From contig NC_045707.1 in assembly GCF_009834535.1 (NCBI RefSeq), positions 61,878,001 through 61,942,000 on the forward strand: 64,000 nt of DNA, given 5' to 3'. This document shows, piece by piece, positions 1 through 14,100 of this stretch (the stretch's first letter is position 1; each line of letters begins with the position of its first letter). This stretch comes from Camelus ferus (lineage: Eukaryota). The translations under genes were made by a program, and so were the position numbers. The notes below the pieces were generated by a model. It ran no database searches. It was not told the DNA's origin and was given only the letters and a program-made list of their open reading frames with translations.

Positions 1-100
1 TAATGATAGGAACATTTACCTAAAATATAGCACTTCTGTACTTTACCAAGCTTTCATTCTCATTACTTTCTGAAGAAAGCGAATTTAAGAAAAATATATG

Positions 101-312
101 CAGGCCAACCTTACACAGTCATGCAAGTTGTGTCCTGCACGGGGGGCCTTAGTCAAGGAGCCAGCGGGGTCTGAAAACTGTCTCCATGTGCTACTTGAGA
201 CAAGGCCATGTTAGCCCTGAGGAAAACTACAGCCTTTTTCTAATTCATCTTCCCAGACGGGGCACATTTTTCTAATTCAACAAATGAGCCTTACGTAAAA
301 GTAGCAGCCCTG
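101..312 (-). mobile_element. MER91A-like non-autonomous hAT-Tip100 DNA transposon
   Basis: Termini CAGG...CCTG; imperfect 8-bp TSD AATATATG (93-100) / AATATGCG (313-320), the typical hAT length; internal sequence resembles the recalled MER91A consensus. Confidence 0.7.
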
Positions 313-419
313 AATATGCGGGCTGGCCAAAATACTTTGCAGAGAATTTTGTTCATTATTGCACAAGTATTTTGTAAGAAGCAGCAAATACTGCTGGGCC
401 CGGGGGCCAAAGGCACAGT

Positions 420-975
420 ACTAAGCTTCTAAGCTTTGGCTTGGTCAGTTGAGGTTGGGCTTTTCCGTCCTCTCAGTTAGCATCTGATAAAATCCTAGCA
501 GGCAAGACTCTGATTAAACAGTTTCTCCCGAGGGCACGCCTTGTGGAGAAGAGCAGAATGCTCTGGTGTATTTCAAAATGGTCCTTTTCCCTCTCTCCCT
601 GCAGGAAGCATGAGGGGGTACTTCTCTAACACTCACTGTGAGAACCTGGTAGGCTACACACTTTTGTGAAGTGAGACTGGATCCTACTGGAGATTTTAAC
701 CCTCAGAGTTGTTCCCATTGAGCCTCCAGCCATTTCTCAATGACAGCTGAGGTCTTCCTGCCCCAGCATTGGTTACTGCAGAAGTTTCTACTCATGGGTT
801 TTTGCTTTGGTGAGTGTCTGTATTCCTTTGTTGATCTCAGTGGTTTGTCCTGTGATCTCATTTCTCTTAGGAACCTAAGAACTGTTGATTTTTCAGTTAG
901 TTCAGCTTTTTACTTGTTATTAGGGTGGAGTGGCAACCACCACGTTTCTTACATGCTTGGCCAGAAACCGAAGTC
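420..975 (-). mobile_element. Old L1 (L1MC/L1MD-type) 5' UTR fragment
   Basis: Reverse complement starts GACTTCGGTTTCTGGCCAAGCATGTAAG...CTAATAACAAGTAAAAAGCTGAAC, like old L1M 5' ends; left boundary approximate. Confidence 0.65.
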
Positions 976-1067
976 TTGTTTGTTTGGTTTTTAGAAATGT
1001 ATGCATCTATCAATGTTGTAAATCACAAAAGCATGGAAAGAAGTTATTGCTTGTATTAAATTTTATT

Positions 1068-1193
1068 GGGGGGAGGGTGTAGCTCAAGTGGTAGAGCGCA
1101 TGCTTAGCATGCACAAGGTCCTGGGTTCAATCCCCAGTACCTCCTCTTAAAATAAATAAATAGGCCTAATCACTTCCGCCCAAACAAACAAAA
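1068..1193 (+). mobile_element. tRNA-Ala-derived SINE (camelid Vic-1 type)
   Basis: GGGGGGAGGG head, A box TAGCTCAAGTGG, AGC anticodon-like CTTAGCAT, B box GGTTCAATCC, A-rich tail; near-TSD AAATTTTATTG / AAATTTTTATTG. Confidence 0.9.
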
Positions 1194-4100
1194 AATTTTT
1201 ATTGACTCCCTAGTTAACATTTCCCTTGGGAAACAAGGATGTATAAATTGGTTTTAATTTTTTTCTTCCCTTTTTCATATTCCAATATGTTTTTGTTCAC
1301 CTACTCTCAGAAACTTTGGGGTTATCAGTTATTAAGGGGCACATTTTTGCTTGCTTACAATGAAGTAGATCTCATCATTCAGAGCAAGAAAACAAAACAC
1401 TTACCCAGATGGAAAATATGTATGTATTTGAAGCATTTTCTTTAAACTTATATGACAGTTCATAAAACTAAAACACATGTAATAAGATAAATTCACACAT
1501 TATCATAGCCTCTAAGTTTAAACCATTTTTGTTCTCTTTATTTTTTTGTTATCTGAGTCAAATCAACTCAACACAATTTACCTAACAGTGATTTAATATT
1601 TATCTGATAGCATTACAAATAAAATTGTGATATAAATAAATTGAATCAGTCCTAATCCTTTGAAAATAGGACAAAAATATTGAAAAGCAAGCCAACATTC
1701 AGATACATAAATTATAAAGTGTACTGAATCATCTCAAAAAGATCCCTTCTTCTGCTGTGAGGCACATATTAGCACGTGTGTCTAAACAGAAAGCTTGTAC
1801 TGCTTTTTAAGAGACATCATTCTTGAGATAGAGATAATGCAATGAAAAATGGGAAACACGGAGACAGTAGGAGATGTCATAGGACACCACCTTCTTTTCC
1901 ACTGGCAGAAAATTTTACTCGAGAGTTTCTTGACTTCTATGAAATCTTCCACAATATAAGGCTATAATCCAATGTTCATCCAAAGATGATTTTTGGAGAC
2001 TGTATGTTAGGGAAAATGCTTATAATCCTTATACTCATGTTTCCATCCTTTCTCTTCTCTCCCAAGGAGAGCCCATGTTGGGAGAACACTTTCAGGCTTC
2101 CCAATCCAATGAGGAGTGACTGGTAATGTTGAGAGCCTGACAGTCATTGATTTGATGCTAATGTGAATGACCTTTCTTTCCCTGAGAGCTGCCTTCTGTC
2201 TTCTGACAAGTGTTTATGTTCTCCCAGTGATATTTCCATATCACAAACACAAGACTTCCCTAGTCCTCACCCACCTGAGACCTAATGGCATGTGGCTACC
2301 CTCTCCGCACCTGGGTGGAGAAATTTTATTCAATGAAAAGATACATTTAAAAATGAATTTTGACCTTGAAAATGCTATACTCACTCATCCACTTTACCAA
2401 TAATAAAATAGATGCTGTTTAAAAATTCCCACCAGGACCCTCTCTATTCTCAATTAGTTCAGAATCTGGAAAGGGAGACAGGTGGATGATTTAGGAACCC
2501 CTCCCCAAATCCTTAAAAATCCAACAAAGCAGCAAATGAAACTTATTGGGAGAAATCTACATGAAACTTATAGATATTTTATAATATTTTTATATTAGAA
2601 GGGTAAAAGTTATCATTCATTTCTATTTTTAAAAACAATTCTTATGATAAATGCTAATTTGATTTTTCTAAATTTTCTGAATCACTTCTGCTGTGTTCCC
2701 ACATAAAGGTCAATAAGAAATATTAAGGACTAATTATGGATTTACATTAAATTTAAGAAAATCCTTAATTTTGAACAAAATGCAAAGAAACTTGTATAAT
2801 ACAAAACTGACTGAATCTTATTAAAGGTGAGTGTTATAGGCAAGAGGGAGTATTGGGGAAATCTTGGAAGGGAGTTCCTTTGAAATCTTTTTGGTTACAT
2901 GGAGCAGTAGCATTAAAGGTCAGCTCACTCCAAGGCATGAGGACACCATAACCAAGCCAGCAGGATTTGAGTCCGTGATGTAATGGAGGCATCTGAATTA
3001 ATCTGTCTGAATAAAAGGGGGATTATTTTTTTAAATAGTAAAATATTCATCAGTGTTAATGTTATAAAGGAAGGATGTAATCCACTTTGATGAAATTTCA
3101 CATACATTTTGGAGGCACCTTCTCTACTATGATAAATATCAGATTTAAAAACGATCACAGAGTATATGCCCCAAGTTATCATTTGCACATCAAATAGGAA
3201 AAAAGACAATGACAAGGGGTTAACAGGGTTCTGAAGTGTTTCTCATTACCACCCAAGGCTGAGAAGAATACTGGGAGCAATAAATTTGATGTCTGAGGGA
3301 ATTATGTCAGCAACCAAATAGAATGCATCTTCACAGTATGAAAATAAGCTCTCAAAGTACATTTAGAAAAATAAATATGAATTGAGGCAAATTCAAGACA
3401 AACACATTTGCATTATTTGAGAATCTGGTACTGTGCTTTGAGTAAGTTTCATAATGTAAATATTAATATAAATGCCCATAAACATGACTGCTGATAAACA
3501 ATAAAGAAAGGAACGTATAACCAAGGAAGTGGGGTAGTAGGACATTGCTGGAAAGTATTTCTTCCTAGGAAATAAGGTAATATTTTTGAAAAATTATTGA
3601 CATCAAAATTTAATAAAATGCAGATTTTATAAAATGATGTACAAGATAAGATGATAAGAAATCAGATTTAGATGAATTAGGAGTTCCTTGATAGATATTC
3701 AAAAATATAAAAAAAAGATGAATGAGATAAGAGAAGAGCTTACAAGAAATAAGATTATAATGAAACAATAAAAAAAGCATTAGAACCAGTGTACCTACTC
3801 TGAATAGGAATCTAAGGTCTCTGATCGTTTCTATGTTCTTACTTTTCATTATCTTCGATGAAAAGGAATTGCTATGGCAAAGCTGAGAACATTCAGGGAC
3901 CCTCTTTCTAGTGGTGAGTCACTGAAGACTTGGATCTTCTTTCATTTGGTGTCATCAGACTTGTCATAGAAATGGGTGGCTCCTGCAAAAGGTCGGCCCC
4001 GCCATCTTTTTCTCTCTTCTTTATTCTCTTCTCCCACAGGACATCCACTGCTGCACTAAAGTAGATTAGGTCCACTCTAGGTTTGAAAGAATTAAAAAAA

Positions 4101-4499
4101 ACTTGTCTATTGTCTTTATGATTATGATGGGTGGGTTAATCCTTTCCCCCCAAATTCTAAAAAGATCTTAAATTTTGATTTGGGTATTGAAGGGTAGGGA
4201 CAATGAAATGGTGTAGCTCTCAGAACCTGTTTTTGCCTTATTATATTTGTTTAACTAGCATAGAATAAAGAAATGCTATGTTTCTCTATCCTTATGTGTC
4301 TTTTTCTATACATATCCTTATGCACATTATGCAATGCATAATAAATAGAGGCAAAGAAAGAAAGAAAGAGAGGAAGGAAGAAAGAAAGAGAGAAAATCTT
4401 GGAACCCACTTAAATAAGATAGCTTGGTTCTGCCTGCTACAAGAATTAGGCAATCTTCAGTTTCCTAGCCCAAGAAATATCTAATTTCATTTCTATCAA

Positions 4500-4955
4500 G
4501 CAAGAGTGAATGGAAGAATGACTAGGCAAGAGTCTGTGCCAGAACTGAGAACCTTGGAAAACTCTCCAAATGTGCAGGAGAATTGGACAAAGACATTAAA
4601 AAATGTGGAGAGAGATGACAGCCAGAGAAGACAGAGGATAAAGTACCGAGAAACTGCCTGTATCCTAGAAACAGGTGAAAGAACAAATAAAATTCCAAAA
4701 TCATTAGTAGAGGAGAAAAATGTTCTAGAGTAGAAGACTTAAATTTATAAGTAAACCAATGCTCACAACATACCATGGAAAAGGAGTAAAGGGTTCAAAC
4801 CTAGTGACCCAAACATTGAGAATTTCACCAGCATTTCTTAAACTTCATAGATATCTTGGTAGGGAAAACATGATAACCACACATGATTTAAAGGAAAAGC
4901 AGGGTGTCCTTGGACTTTCCACAACAATAAACTCAGAGGACAATAGATGGATGGA
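4500..4955 (+). mobile_element. Highly decayed L1/HAL1 ORF1-like fragment
   Basis: A-rich purine-biased tract resembling L1 ORF1 coiled-coil/RRM-coding region; boundaries approximate. Confidence 0.4.
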
Positions 4956-4959
4956 TCAT

Positions 4960-5360
4960 TAGTGGGCCCATGGCTGTACCCAGGACATAGACAAGCTCTG
5001 TTAGGCTCACACGACACTCTTGAAATGTGTGTTTCATTTTAAACCTTTGTAGTGTTGGTTTCTCCTCAATAATATGAGTTGGCAGTGCTGGTCCCACATT
5101 TCCTCAAGGCAACAATCAGCTGGGGCTGAGCAGTTCCTGTATCACATTCCTCCTTCTTCCAACTTTTCTCCCAACACTGAGGGAGATTGTCAGTTGGCAT
5201 TTGCCATAGGGTTTGCACCATTGCTGTTACACGAAGAGATCATTTCTATACACATATGGCTCTATCAACAGTGCAAAAACGCAAGATAAACAGAAAGATT
5301 ACTTACTTTAAGAAAAATGACAGAGAAAAATACTTCTATGTGGAGTCTCGTTTTCCTTTT
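4960..5360. mobile_element. hAT-Charlie (MER102-like) remnant
   Basis: CCCACATTTCCTCAAGGCAACAATCAGCTGGGGCTGAGCAG resembles the recalled MER102 core; boundaries approximate. Confidence 0.4.
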
Positions 5361-5363
5361 ACC

Positions 5364-5368
<5 letters not shown>

Positions 5369-5406
<38 letters not shown>
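5369..5406. repeat. Compound (AT)n(AC)n microsatellite
   Basis: Directly visible. Confidence 0.95.
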
Positions 5407-6856
5407 AGAAAGTGCCTAAACTTGTTTCATGGATTCACCTAATCTTCTTAACCTTTCTAGGCATTTGAGGTTTTAAACTCATTTGGGAACTTGAAGTGAA
5501 AGTTTGGTGCTTAATTTTTCTACATTTTGAATAGTTTTTTTTTTTTTTCCTCAGAGAAATGAAGAGATTTTTCTCAGACATGCCTCAGTTCCTGGGTTAC
5601 AAAACTCAAGTACCATTTGTTGTGGAAACAAACAAGCATACACACAAACTAGTGGGAATTATATGCCCACCATAAATAAATAAAGCAAGCAGTAAAATAA
5701 CTAAAATTTATTATAATAAAAAATTACATTTTGTACCATTGGATTTGACCCCTCAAAACAAATTTTAGGAAATAAAAGGTATTTTGTAGAAAAACTGAAA
5801 ACAAAAAAACGTAACAAGGTTGCATATCAACATAAACAAGAAGCACTATAATGGGTTATAAACAAATAAGTTATTTGTTTTCTAATAGCTTCTTGTCGCA
5901 TGTTTACAATACTTGCGGAAGTCTATCTGCCTTCCTCTTTCCACCTTCCTGCGTTCCCTTTTATTTGCCTCCTGTATTATTACCAGTGTTTATACTTGTA
6001 CTTTTCTGGGAAGAACAAGGAGAAACAAGTCTATACCATCTTCTCTGGACTGTTGGTCTCACAGGATGCTCTTTGAAAATACATTTATTTAAATTTTTCC
6101 AAGGAGGAAGCAGTAAAGACCTGAGTGCTTTTAATAAATAATAAATTCTGTAATAGAGTGTTTGTATTTGCTGAGGAAACATTTTAAGATAAATTGGATG
6201 GCATTTCTTGATAAAAGACCACCCACTGTACTAAGGCCAACCTCAGGGTAGCTGGTGTGTATACAACCAAGTAGTAATTATGCCACTCGCTAGCAAGGAT
6301 AATAAATGTGGGACCTTTAAAATGAATTTACTTGTGCACATTTTTCTTCAGAATTTATGATTCCAAAATGTTCTTGAGGCTTTGTGGATACAAAGATAAA
6401 GGTTGGAACAGACGTTGGAAGATTGGAACTTGTGGGGGATCAAGTCAATTAATGACTTAACTTTGACCCCATTTGCAAGTCATGGGGTGACAAGTTACAA
6501 TATGAGGATTTTCACATCCATTGTCATGAGATGTTCCATTTCTACAGTTTCTGTATTTATAGAGAGATGAAATTTTCCCCAAAATGAAATCTCTGCTATA
6601 CATTGAACTTATTCTAAATGAGAAAAAAATGATATGTCCCCAAAGAGATGACTCTCCTACTTCCATTGGCAACGATCCTTCTCTTCCAGAAAGTGAGGAA
6701 CATGGAATTAAAATAAACTATCAAAATTACATTTATTATTATAGGGTCACTTTCTCAATGAAAAATTGCCAATCGCTTCATATTGCCTAGAGAATTCTAT
6801 ACTGTTTAGTTATCCATCCATACTACAGTTTTATTCCATGAAGAATCACTATACTT

Positions 6857-6863
6857 GATAGAT

Positions 6864-6916
<53 letters not shown>
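6857..6916. repeat. (GATA)n tetranucleotide microsatellite
   Basis: About 14 GATA units with one GAT interruption. Confidence 0.97.
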
Positions 6917-6917
<1 letters not shown>

Positions 6918-8738
6918 ATTTATGGTATTTGACCAAAATAAAAAAGATATTAAAGTAATAAGCCAGAGGTTAAGATTGATAAGTAATGCATGGCAGTGGC
7001 CACACAACTACCACACTTGCGATTTCATTGATGAAGATCTTTTTGTCAGTGAGGCCTTCTATATGATAAATACAACAGAAAATAGATGTGACCATGTTCT
7101 CAAAATGAAATACAGTAGTGAACATTATATAATGCTTTTTATATTGCCACTTAGAATATGATAAGGTAGATGGCATAACATCAAAATACAAGTGAGTCAA
7201 AATATTTCACCAGAAGCCCAGTCATTTTGACTCAGCTTCACAGCCCTCTGATGTCATGGCTCGATCCAACTACAAAATTTAGATTATTTAGAAGACTGCA
7301 TGTGTTGTAAGTTAAGAACTGTAAATAATACTTTTATAATCAGAATTTTCCTAAGGATTACTTGAGAGAGTTCTAGGTTATGTTCTTTGTCAATATCTCA
7401 CATTAGTAATATTCGGTATTAAGGGGCAAACCTTTTATTTTAGCATGGACTAAAGTGAAGCTGTGGGGAGTAGGAAGTGGATACGGCACCCTTTGGAGGC
7501 TTAAAAAAACCTACTTGCCTGAAGAAAAAACTTATCCTCCATTACTTACAAAATATAATAAAGGACCTTCTCAAAACGGTTTCTGATTAGACTTGATTTC
7601 CCAATCATTGGGATCAAACCTTCTGTGGGAGGAATATCAATTTATTTGGCACCATAATAACTCAGTCATAAAATCTGCATTGCGTGTCTATTATGTACTG
7701 GCCTATGCCCTGAGGATACAGTAATGAGCAAAAATAAGTCCCTTTGGACAAAGCCCCTTTGCCATTAAGGACCAAAAGCAAACAAGCAAACCGCTAGTTT
7801 ACTTACACACAGAGAGAAAAAGGGAGTAAGAAGCAGTGAGCTTAAGGAAAAGACTGGAGAGATCTTTCATGAGGTGTTTTGCCAAAGAGAGTGAAGCTAG
7901 TAAAATAGCGTTTGGCGCGTGTGTAGGTTCCATCGGAGCTCATGGAGTATGAATTTCATGGGACAAAATGAGACCACAAATTGATCTCAGATGACATAAA
8001 CTAGATGACAGAGAGAAATTGAAGAAGGTTGGGGAGAATAGCATTACATGAACCAGTTTAGATAGTTTCAGCTTTAAACTTTCGTGTGAAGGGCTAAACT
8101 TAGGGAGAGGATTTATGGGCTGTCAGCAGCACAGTGTAGGGGAGGACTTGATGAGGCCAGCAAATCCCGACTGTCCCTTCCCATATAATATTTCAACATA
8201 AACCTTCAATTTCTGAATTGGCTGAAATAAAGCATTTAACATTAATGAACCTGACTTAGGGCACTGCTATTACTACTTCCTCTGCTTCTCCTCCGATGCC
8301 CTTGGCATCTTATTTATATTTCAATGCCCTTCCTCAGTTTTTCTTGAGAGAGAATAGTCTGCTCTCATTCTGTTCAGCCAATGAACTTTCCTTGCATGCA
8401 TCTTATTATATATTCACATTATCATTTTTGTTTTAATTTATCTCAAGCCATAGAATGAAGGGCTCTTGTGTCATGCTCCCGTGGATCCCCTAATATGAAA
8501 CAAAGTAACTTACACGTATTATCAGTCCTCTTTCTTCCTTATGAACTGTCATTTAAAAAAGAATCAGAGTTTAGAGGGAATGTATAATGTGGTGCTAATG
8601 GGTGGAGTAAATTTTACTTAGGTCTCCACTGAGAGAAGACAGAGTTCACGTCGGTCAGGCTCCAGTTGAAGGTATCTTCCCCAGTTTTGCTTAAATCAAT
8701 TACTGTGTTTTCATGCAAATTGAAAATTATACATATAC

Positions 8739-8889
8739 GGGGGGAGGGTATAGCTCAAGTGGTAGAGCACATGCTTAGCATGCATGAGGTCCTGTGTTCA
8801 ATCCCCAGTACTTCCTCCAATAAATAAACAAATAAATAAAAACCTAATTACCTCCCCCCCAAAAAAACAAACAAAAAAAACAACAAAAA
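8739..8889 (+). mobile_element. tRNA-Ala-derived SINE (camelid Vic-1 type)
   Basis: Same head and A/B boxes as the 1068 copy; 16-bp TSD AAAATTATACATATAC (8723-8738) / AAAATTATACGTATAC (8890-8905). Confidence 0.93.
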
Positions 8890-11789
8890 AAAATTATACG
8901 TATACAATAGTTCTGTAAACATATCAAACAATTCTTTCAAATGTAAATTTCATAAAAAACTTACCATTTGAGAAAGGTGCACCTATAAACATTCCCTTTC
9001 ATAATAAACAAAGAGTGCTTTTCTCTTGAAATAACGCATTTGAATGGAATGTTGCGGGTAGCCAGAAAAGGTAGGTATTTAGAAAAGGGAGAAATAAAGA
9101 GGGGTAATAAAAACATCAGTAATTCTTGAATCTTCTGTTTTCCCTTGATGTGAGGTGACCTAGATTGTTGAAATTCTAAACATAAGAGATGACTTTTGAA
9201 AACAATTTTTAAAAAACTGCACAATTATTCCAATGAAGTGTTACTGCAAATTTTTTTTCAAACTTCTAAATTTCAAAGCCTAGGACAGAAAAAATACTCA
9301 AACTGTTTCCTAACTTAGCTACTCACTCCACACTTCTATTGATTTATAGTTCTTCTGTTTTGATGCAACATTTTTCTGTGATTTACAGTATTCTGGAGCC
9401 GTCTAATTCTGTAGTGGCTGTTGTGTAATGTGTTTAACTGCTAGTTCTACTCTTGATGTATCATCTTTTCTCTTTACTCTTCTGATACTTTGTTTTCCAA
9501 TATAGAGTAGTTTAATAGGCACTAGTTATGTTTTGAGCCGAAGTTATTTTCTTTTTGGAAGAAAGAGGGAGGCATTATTGAATTTGATCTAGCCTTTCTT
9601 CTTTGTCAAATTTCTACTGCTGTGTAATTGCTTTGTATTGTGTGCACTTGAACTGTATGACATGTGTGAAAATTACTAAGCAGCGCTGAAGATTTAACCA
9701 ATTAACCCCTAGCAGCGAATGAGCAATGCAGTTTTATCAAGGTTCCCGTGTACACAATAACAATTGACCTTTTTGAAGGCTGTGTCTTCACCGTACCAAC
9801 GGATGTGTGCTTCCAACATAAATTTAAAGCATCTCTCATGTAATTAAGGTAGAAAATTGGCAGTTTGAATAAAACAACTTTTATTGAGTTTGTATATTAC
9901 TGCATTCTCTTGTGTCCAGTATCAATGAATTTTTTGAATATGTAACCTTTATTTGACCAGATAAACTTTTAAAAATCTTTCATAATCTGTATTGTGGATT
10001 CTAAAAGACATTGTTTTCATCTGAATATATCAGTGTAGGATTTCTGTTTTGTTGTTCGTGGTGGTTGTTGGTTGATTGGTTGTTTGATCTGTTGTAGTTT
10101 TGTTCTCTTTGATTTTGCTCAGTATTTTTTTTTTTTCACAGTAATGGTGACACCTTCCCTCTGAAAGCTTAACACTGCCTGTTAACTGCTTCCTGTGGCT
10201 GAAACAAGTTCATGTGTCCATGTGACTAGAGAAGGAAAGAAAAGAAAAATGAAACATAAGAGAATCATTTTGTGATTTTTAAAGATCTGAGTACCTAGTA
10301 TTTTAATAATGGACGTGCTGCTGAGCTGAATTACATATGCATAATTTCTGAGGCCATGGATCCATTTACTCATGTATTTATTTAATAAAGCCATAAATAT
10401 TTATTCAGGACTCAGAGTGTTCTAGACACTCTCGGATGGAGGCTCCAAGGATGGAAAGATTTCAATCCTTGTCCTTGAAAAGCTGAATTGTAACTGAAGA
10501 CAAATATACAAACCAGTATTTACCATTGTACGTCATAATTCCTCTGGGGAATAAATGTAGATATTTCACTGGGGATAGAGGTTTCCAATTCTGCTTTCAA
10601 GTTGTGTGAAGATTACAGAAGGTGTCTACTTAATGGTTGTAGGTATTTGGTGTTTGTTAGACGTGTGTTAGTGTAGGCTGAAGACCCTTAACGAATAGCG
10701 CCCCCTTCCATTGCAGTGATTATGGAGCAAGAAATTTATTTCTTTTATATGTAAGCAGCAAGGGCAGGTGTTCATACAGCAGAGCGATCTCCGCACACCC
10801 CGCTCAGACTGATGGTTACTTAGCGCTTCTAACACATACCTTCCAAGACACTCTGGGCCCGGTTCTTCCATCAGCTAAAAGAGGAGAACATGGAAGGGTG
10901 TTTGTAGGTTTTATGGGTCGGACCTGGAGTGATACACATCTCTTTGACTTTCACCAATGCTGGAGAGCACTTTGTCCCTTGCCACACTCAGCCAGAGCGG
11001 AAGCTGAAAGAAATGGAGAAAGGGAGGAGAGATTTTGATGGATAGCTGACGGGTTTGGTCCTCAGGAACTATTTCAAGTAAGCGGAACAATGGCATACTC
11101 ACGGGCTCCTGCGTCGGAGCGCGCTTGGTGTATTTTAGAAAGAAACAAGTTGTAGTTCGCTAGAAACCACGCAAAAGAGCTATTCAATTACTTTAGATAA
11201 TGAGCGTATTTGGTCATATTTTTATTAGCGCCTATGAAGCTGATAAAAACATGCTTTGACCTTAGTGTAAATATATTCTTTAAGCCAACAGCACTGTTCA
11301 GATTTACGTGTTTTTAAATTATGGTAGGCAATTAGATAGCTGATAGTTCAAAATACCAGCTTGAATATCAGCAGACTCATCGGATTTACATTATAAATTA
11401 GCATTAGTATTTTAAGGAAATTGGGAGAAAGGTGGTATTGAAATCTGAATTAATTATTTTTGTCATAAATCTTTCAAGTGAGAAAGTAACACTGTATTTC
11501 TCTACTAAAAATTATGCCCAAGTTTTGGTATTCTTCTGCCTGAAGTACATTATACTATAAATCAGTTTTCACCTATTGAATACCTACTATGCTTTAATAC
11601 ATATACATACATACAAGTAAATATAAAATTGATAATTCTCACCAAGATTAATTTTGAAGTTCTAACCTTGGTGTGTCATGTTTTTAAAAAGATGTTTATT
11701 ATGGCACAGGACTGAAAAACAGACCACAGCACACACACCATAAAAATAATCAGAATTAATGCTTATCATTTATATATTTGTTTGGCCAA

Positions 11790-12760
11790 CTTTTTTTTAG
11801 CACCTGTAATGTGCAAAGAATTGTTTTATGTGCCTGAACTACATCAGGGATTTTAAAAAGTCCTTGCCCTGTGGTACTTACATTTTAGAAGGGAGGCTAA
11901 ATATAATGATTGAGAAAACAAAATAATATTTTAAAAAGCAGTGTGAGTTATGCAAAAAAACAAGTAGAGCAGGGTGAAGGACATGGAGAGGGCAGTGGGA
12001 AGTGGGTTGCCATTTCACATGGGGAGCTCAGAGCCCATCACACTGAGACATGCTATTTCAGTAAAGAACAAAGGAGTTAATGGAGTTAGAACTTTGGGAG
12101 AACGGCTTTCCAGACAAAGGAAGTTGTCAGTGCAAAAGCCCTAAATTAGGGGCATACCTGGATGAAAAGTGAACAGACTGGAAGAGCCCCTTGTAGGCGA
12201 TATGGCCAGAGAGGTAACTGGCAAGGAGGTGAGAAATCATACAAGGTCTATTAGAAAGATGCTGGCTTTATTCTCAGTGAAATGAGGACCCACTGCAAGA
12301 TTATGAAGAGAAGAATGACATGACATACCTTTCGTTTTAAAAAGATGATTATTTCTCCTGCATTGAGAATAGAATAGGGAAGTGGTTTATAAGGGAAGCA
12401 GCCAGGATACTACCAAGGTGGCTCCTGCAGTAATCCAGGTGAGGGAGGAGGTGGGCAGTAGCGTAGGCTTGTTGAGAAGTGGTTGATTCTGAAAATATTT
12501 TGAGAGAATAACTGATAGACTTATGGGATGGGTTAGACCTAAGATTTGAGAGGAAGAGATTAGTCAAGATGACTCCAAGGCTTCTAGCATGTAAAACTAT
12601 GGGGATGAGGTTGCCCTCAACAGGGATGGAAAGACTATGGAGAGACAGGTTTGCAAAGGGGAAAGATTACTTTTGGACTGGGTGAGATGTGTGCGAGGCA
12701 TCTGATGAGAAATACTGAATAGATACCAAAGTCTGGGGCTCAGGAGAAAGATCTGAGCCG
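11790..12760 (-). mobile_element. L2 LINE 3' fragment
   Basis: L2 3'-end-like TAGCACCTGTAATGTGC; minus ORF 12349-12567 encodes PHLDYCRSHLGSILAASL, matching the L2 ORF2 HLDYCNSLL motif. Confidence 0.8.
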
Positions 12761-13859
12761 GGCGCGGAAGCGTAGGATAATGATAACACTTGGAAGAAGT
12801 TCAAGTTTAAAGTCCAAAACTGAATTTAATGAATTTACGTGCAGCAAAGTTATAATATAGTTTTTCTCTATGTTTTATTGCTATGGCACTGTGCCTAAAT
12901 TATATCTTCTATTACATATTTATGTAACTTCCCTTGAAAAAATAAACTTTTTAGTTTTAAAAACCCCTCCATTGAGCAACAGAAGGAAAAATATGTAACT
13001 TAGCAAGTCTCAGAAGAATACACTGTGAGCTCCCTCTGCTGTTACTGGTGACTCAGATATTAAGAAAATTGGCAAAAACAAATGGAATACGAATTTGGAG
13101 TTTAAATAATGTTAAATGGCTTAACACTTTCTTCTGTTTAAAATTGATAATATATTAAGAATGTTAGCAAAACACTGAGCTTAAAACAACTGATTTGTTT
13201 GTAAAATTAAAAAATACTGTATAGTTTTCATTTTTAAAGTAGAGCCACTTACATATTCTCCAGTTAAAACCATGGAGAAATGATCAGATCAAGAGAACCC
13301 CCCTATTTTCTTTGAGAAGAATTGTGAACACATTGCCTTTTCAATAGAACAGATAACGTTTTGTTTAAAATTTAATTATTTAGTGAATATAATTTTGTGA
13401 GATTCATATCTAACAACTAAAATATAGAATGGCTTGTCAGTAGCTGCCACTTGGCAAAGTGAACACGGACTTGAACATCATCAAGAAAGATATGTACTAA
13501 AGATTTCCCATATAGATGGCCAAGCACAAGTTATTTTGAGAAAGTTTGTATCACATGGTTAAATATGGTAAAGCTCAGGAATTACAGTTTAAATAATAAT
13601 ATGTGTGAATGCACACAAAATACGATATGCAAGGCACTGTAATAATAATGCAATGGTATAAAGGACTTCTATGGTTAGTCCCCCACCTCTCCTCTAGGTA
13701 CCATTTTACGACAATTCTCATTTTAAAGCATTAATAAGATAGCTACGGTTCTCCAGTTGCATCATATAACTCACCTTCTCTTCTATGAGTATTTATTTGA
13801 CTTTTTTCAAGAGTTACCTGAATGACCCCCTTGGTGAGGTGAGGTGTCTCCTCTGCACG

Positions 13860-14100
13860 TACAGAACATGCAGACTCTGAAATCAAATATGACTGGCGTT
13901 TTATCCTGCCTCAGTGACCCCATGCTTGGGAATCTCTGGGCGAAACATTTAAACTAACTCAGCCTTAGTTTCTCCTCTGGACATCGGAGATAACAGGGAA
14001 TACACAGGATTGTCAAAAATAATAGATGAAATATTACGAGTAAAGCACCAAGTATACTTTGGGGCACATAGGCGATACTCTGTGTAGCGTAGCTACTAAG
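13860..14100 (+). mobile_element. MIR SINE
   Basis: Core CTCAGCCTTAGTTTCTCCTCTG...GGAGATAACA. Confidence 0.65.

Noticed and set aside
1068..1145. tRNA-Ala(AGC) genes (also at 8739 and 32818)
   Set aside because: Followed by a SINE-specific tail and A-rich end and flanked by TSDs; these are SINEs, not tRNA genes
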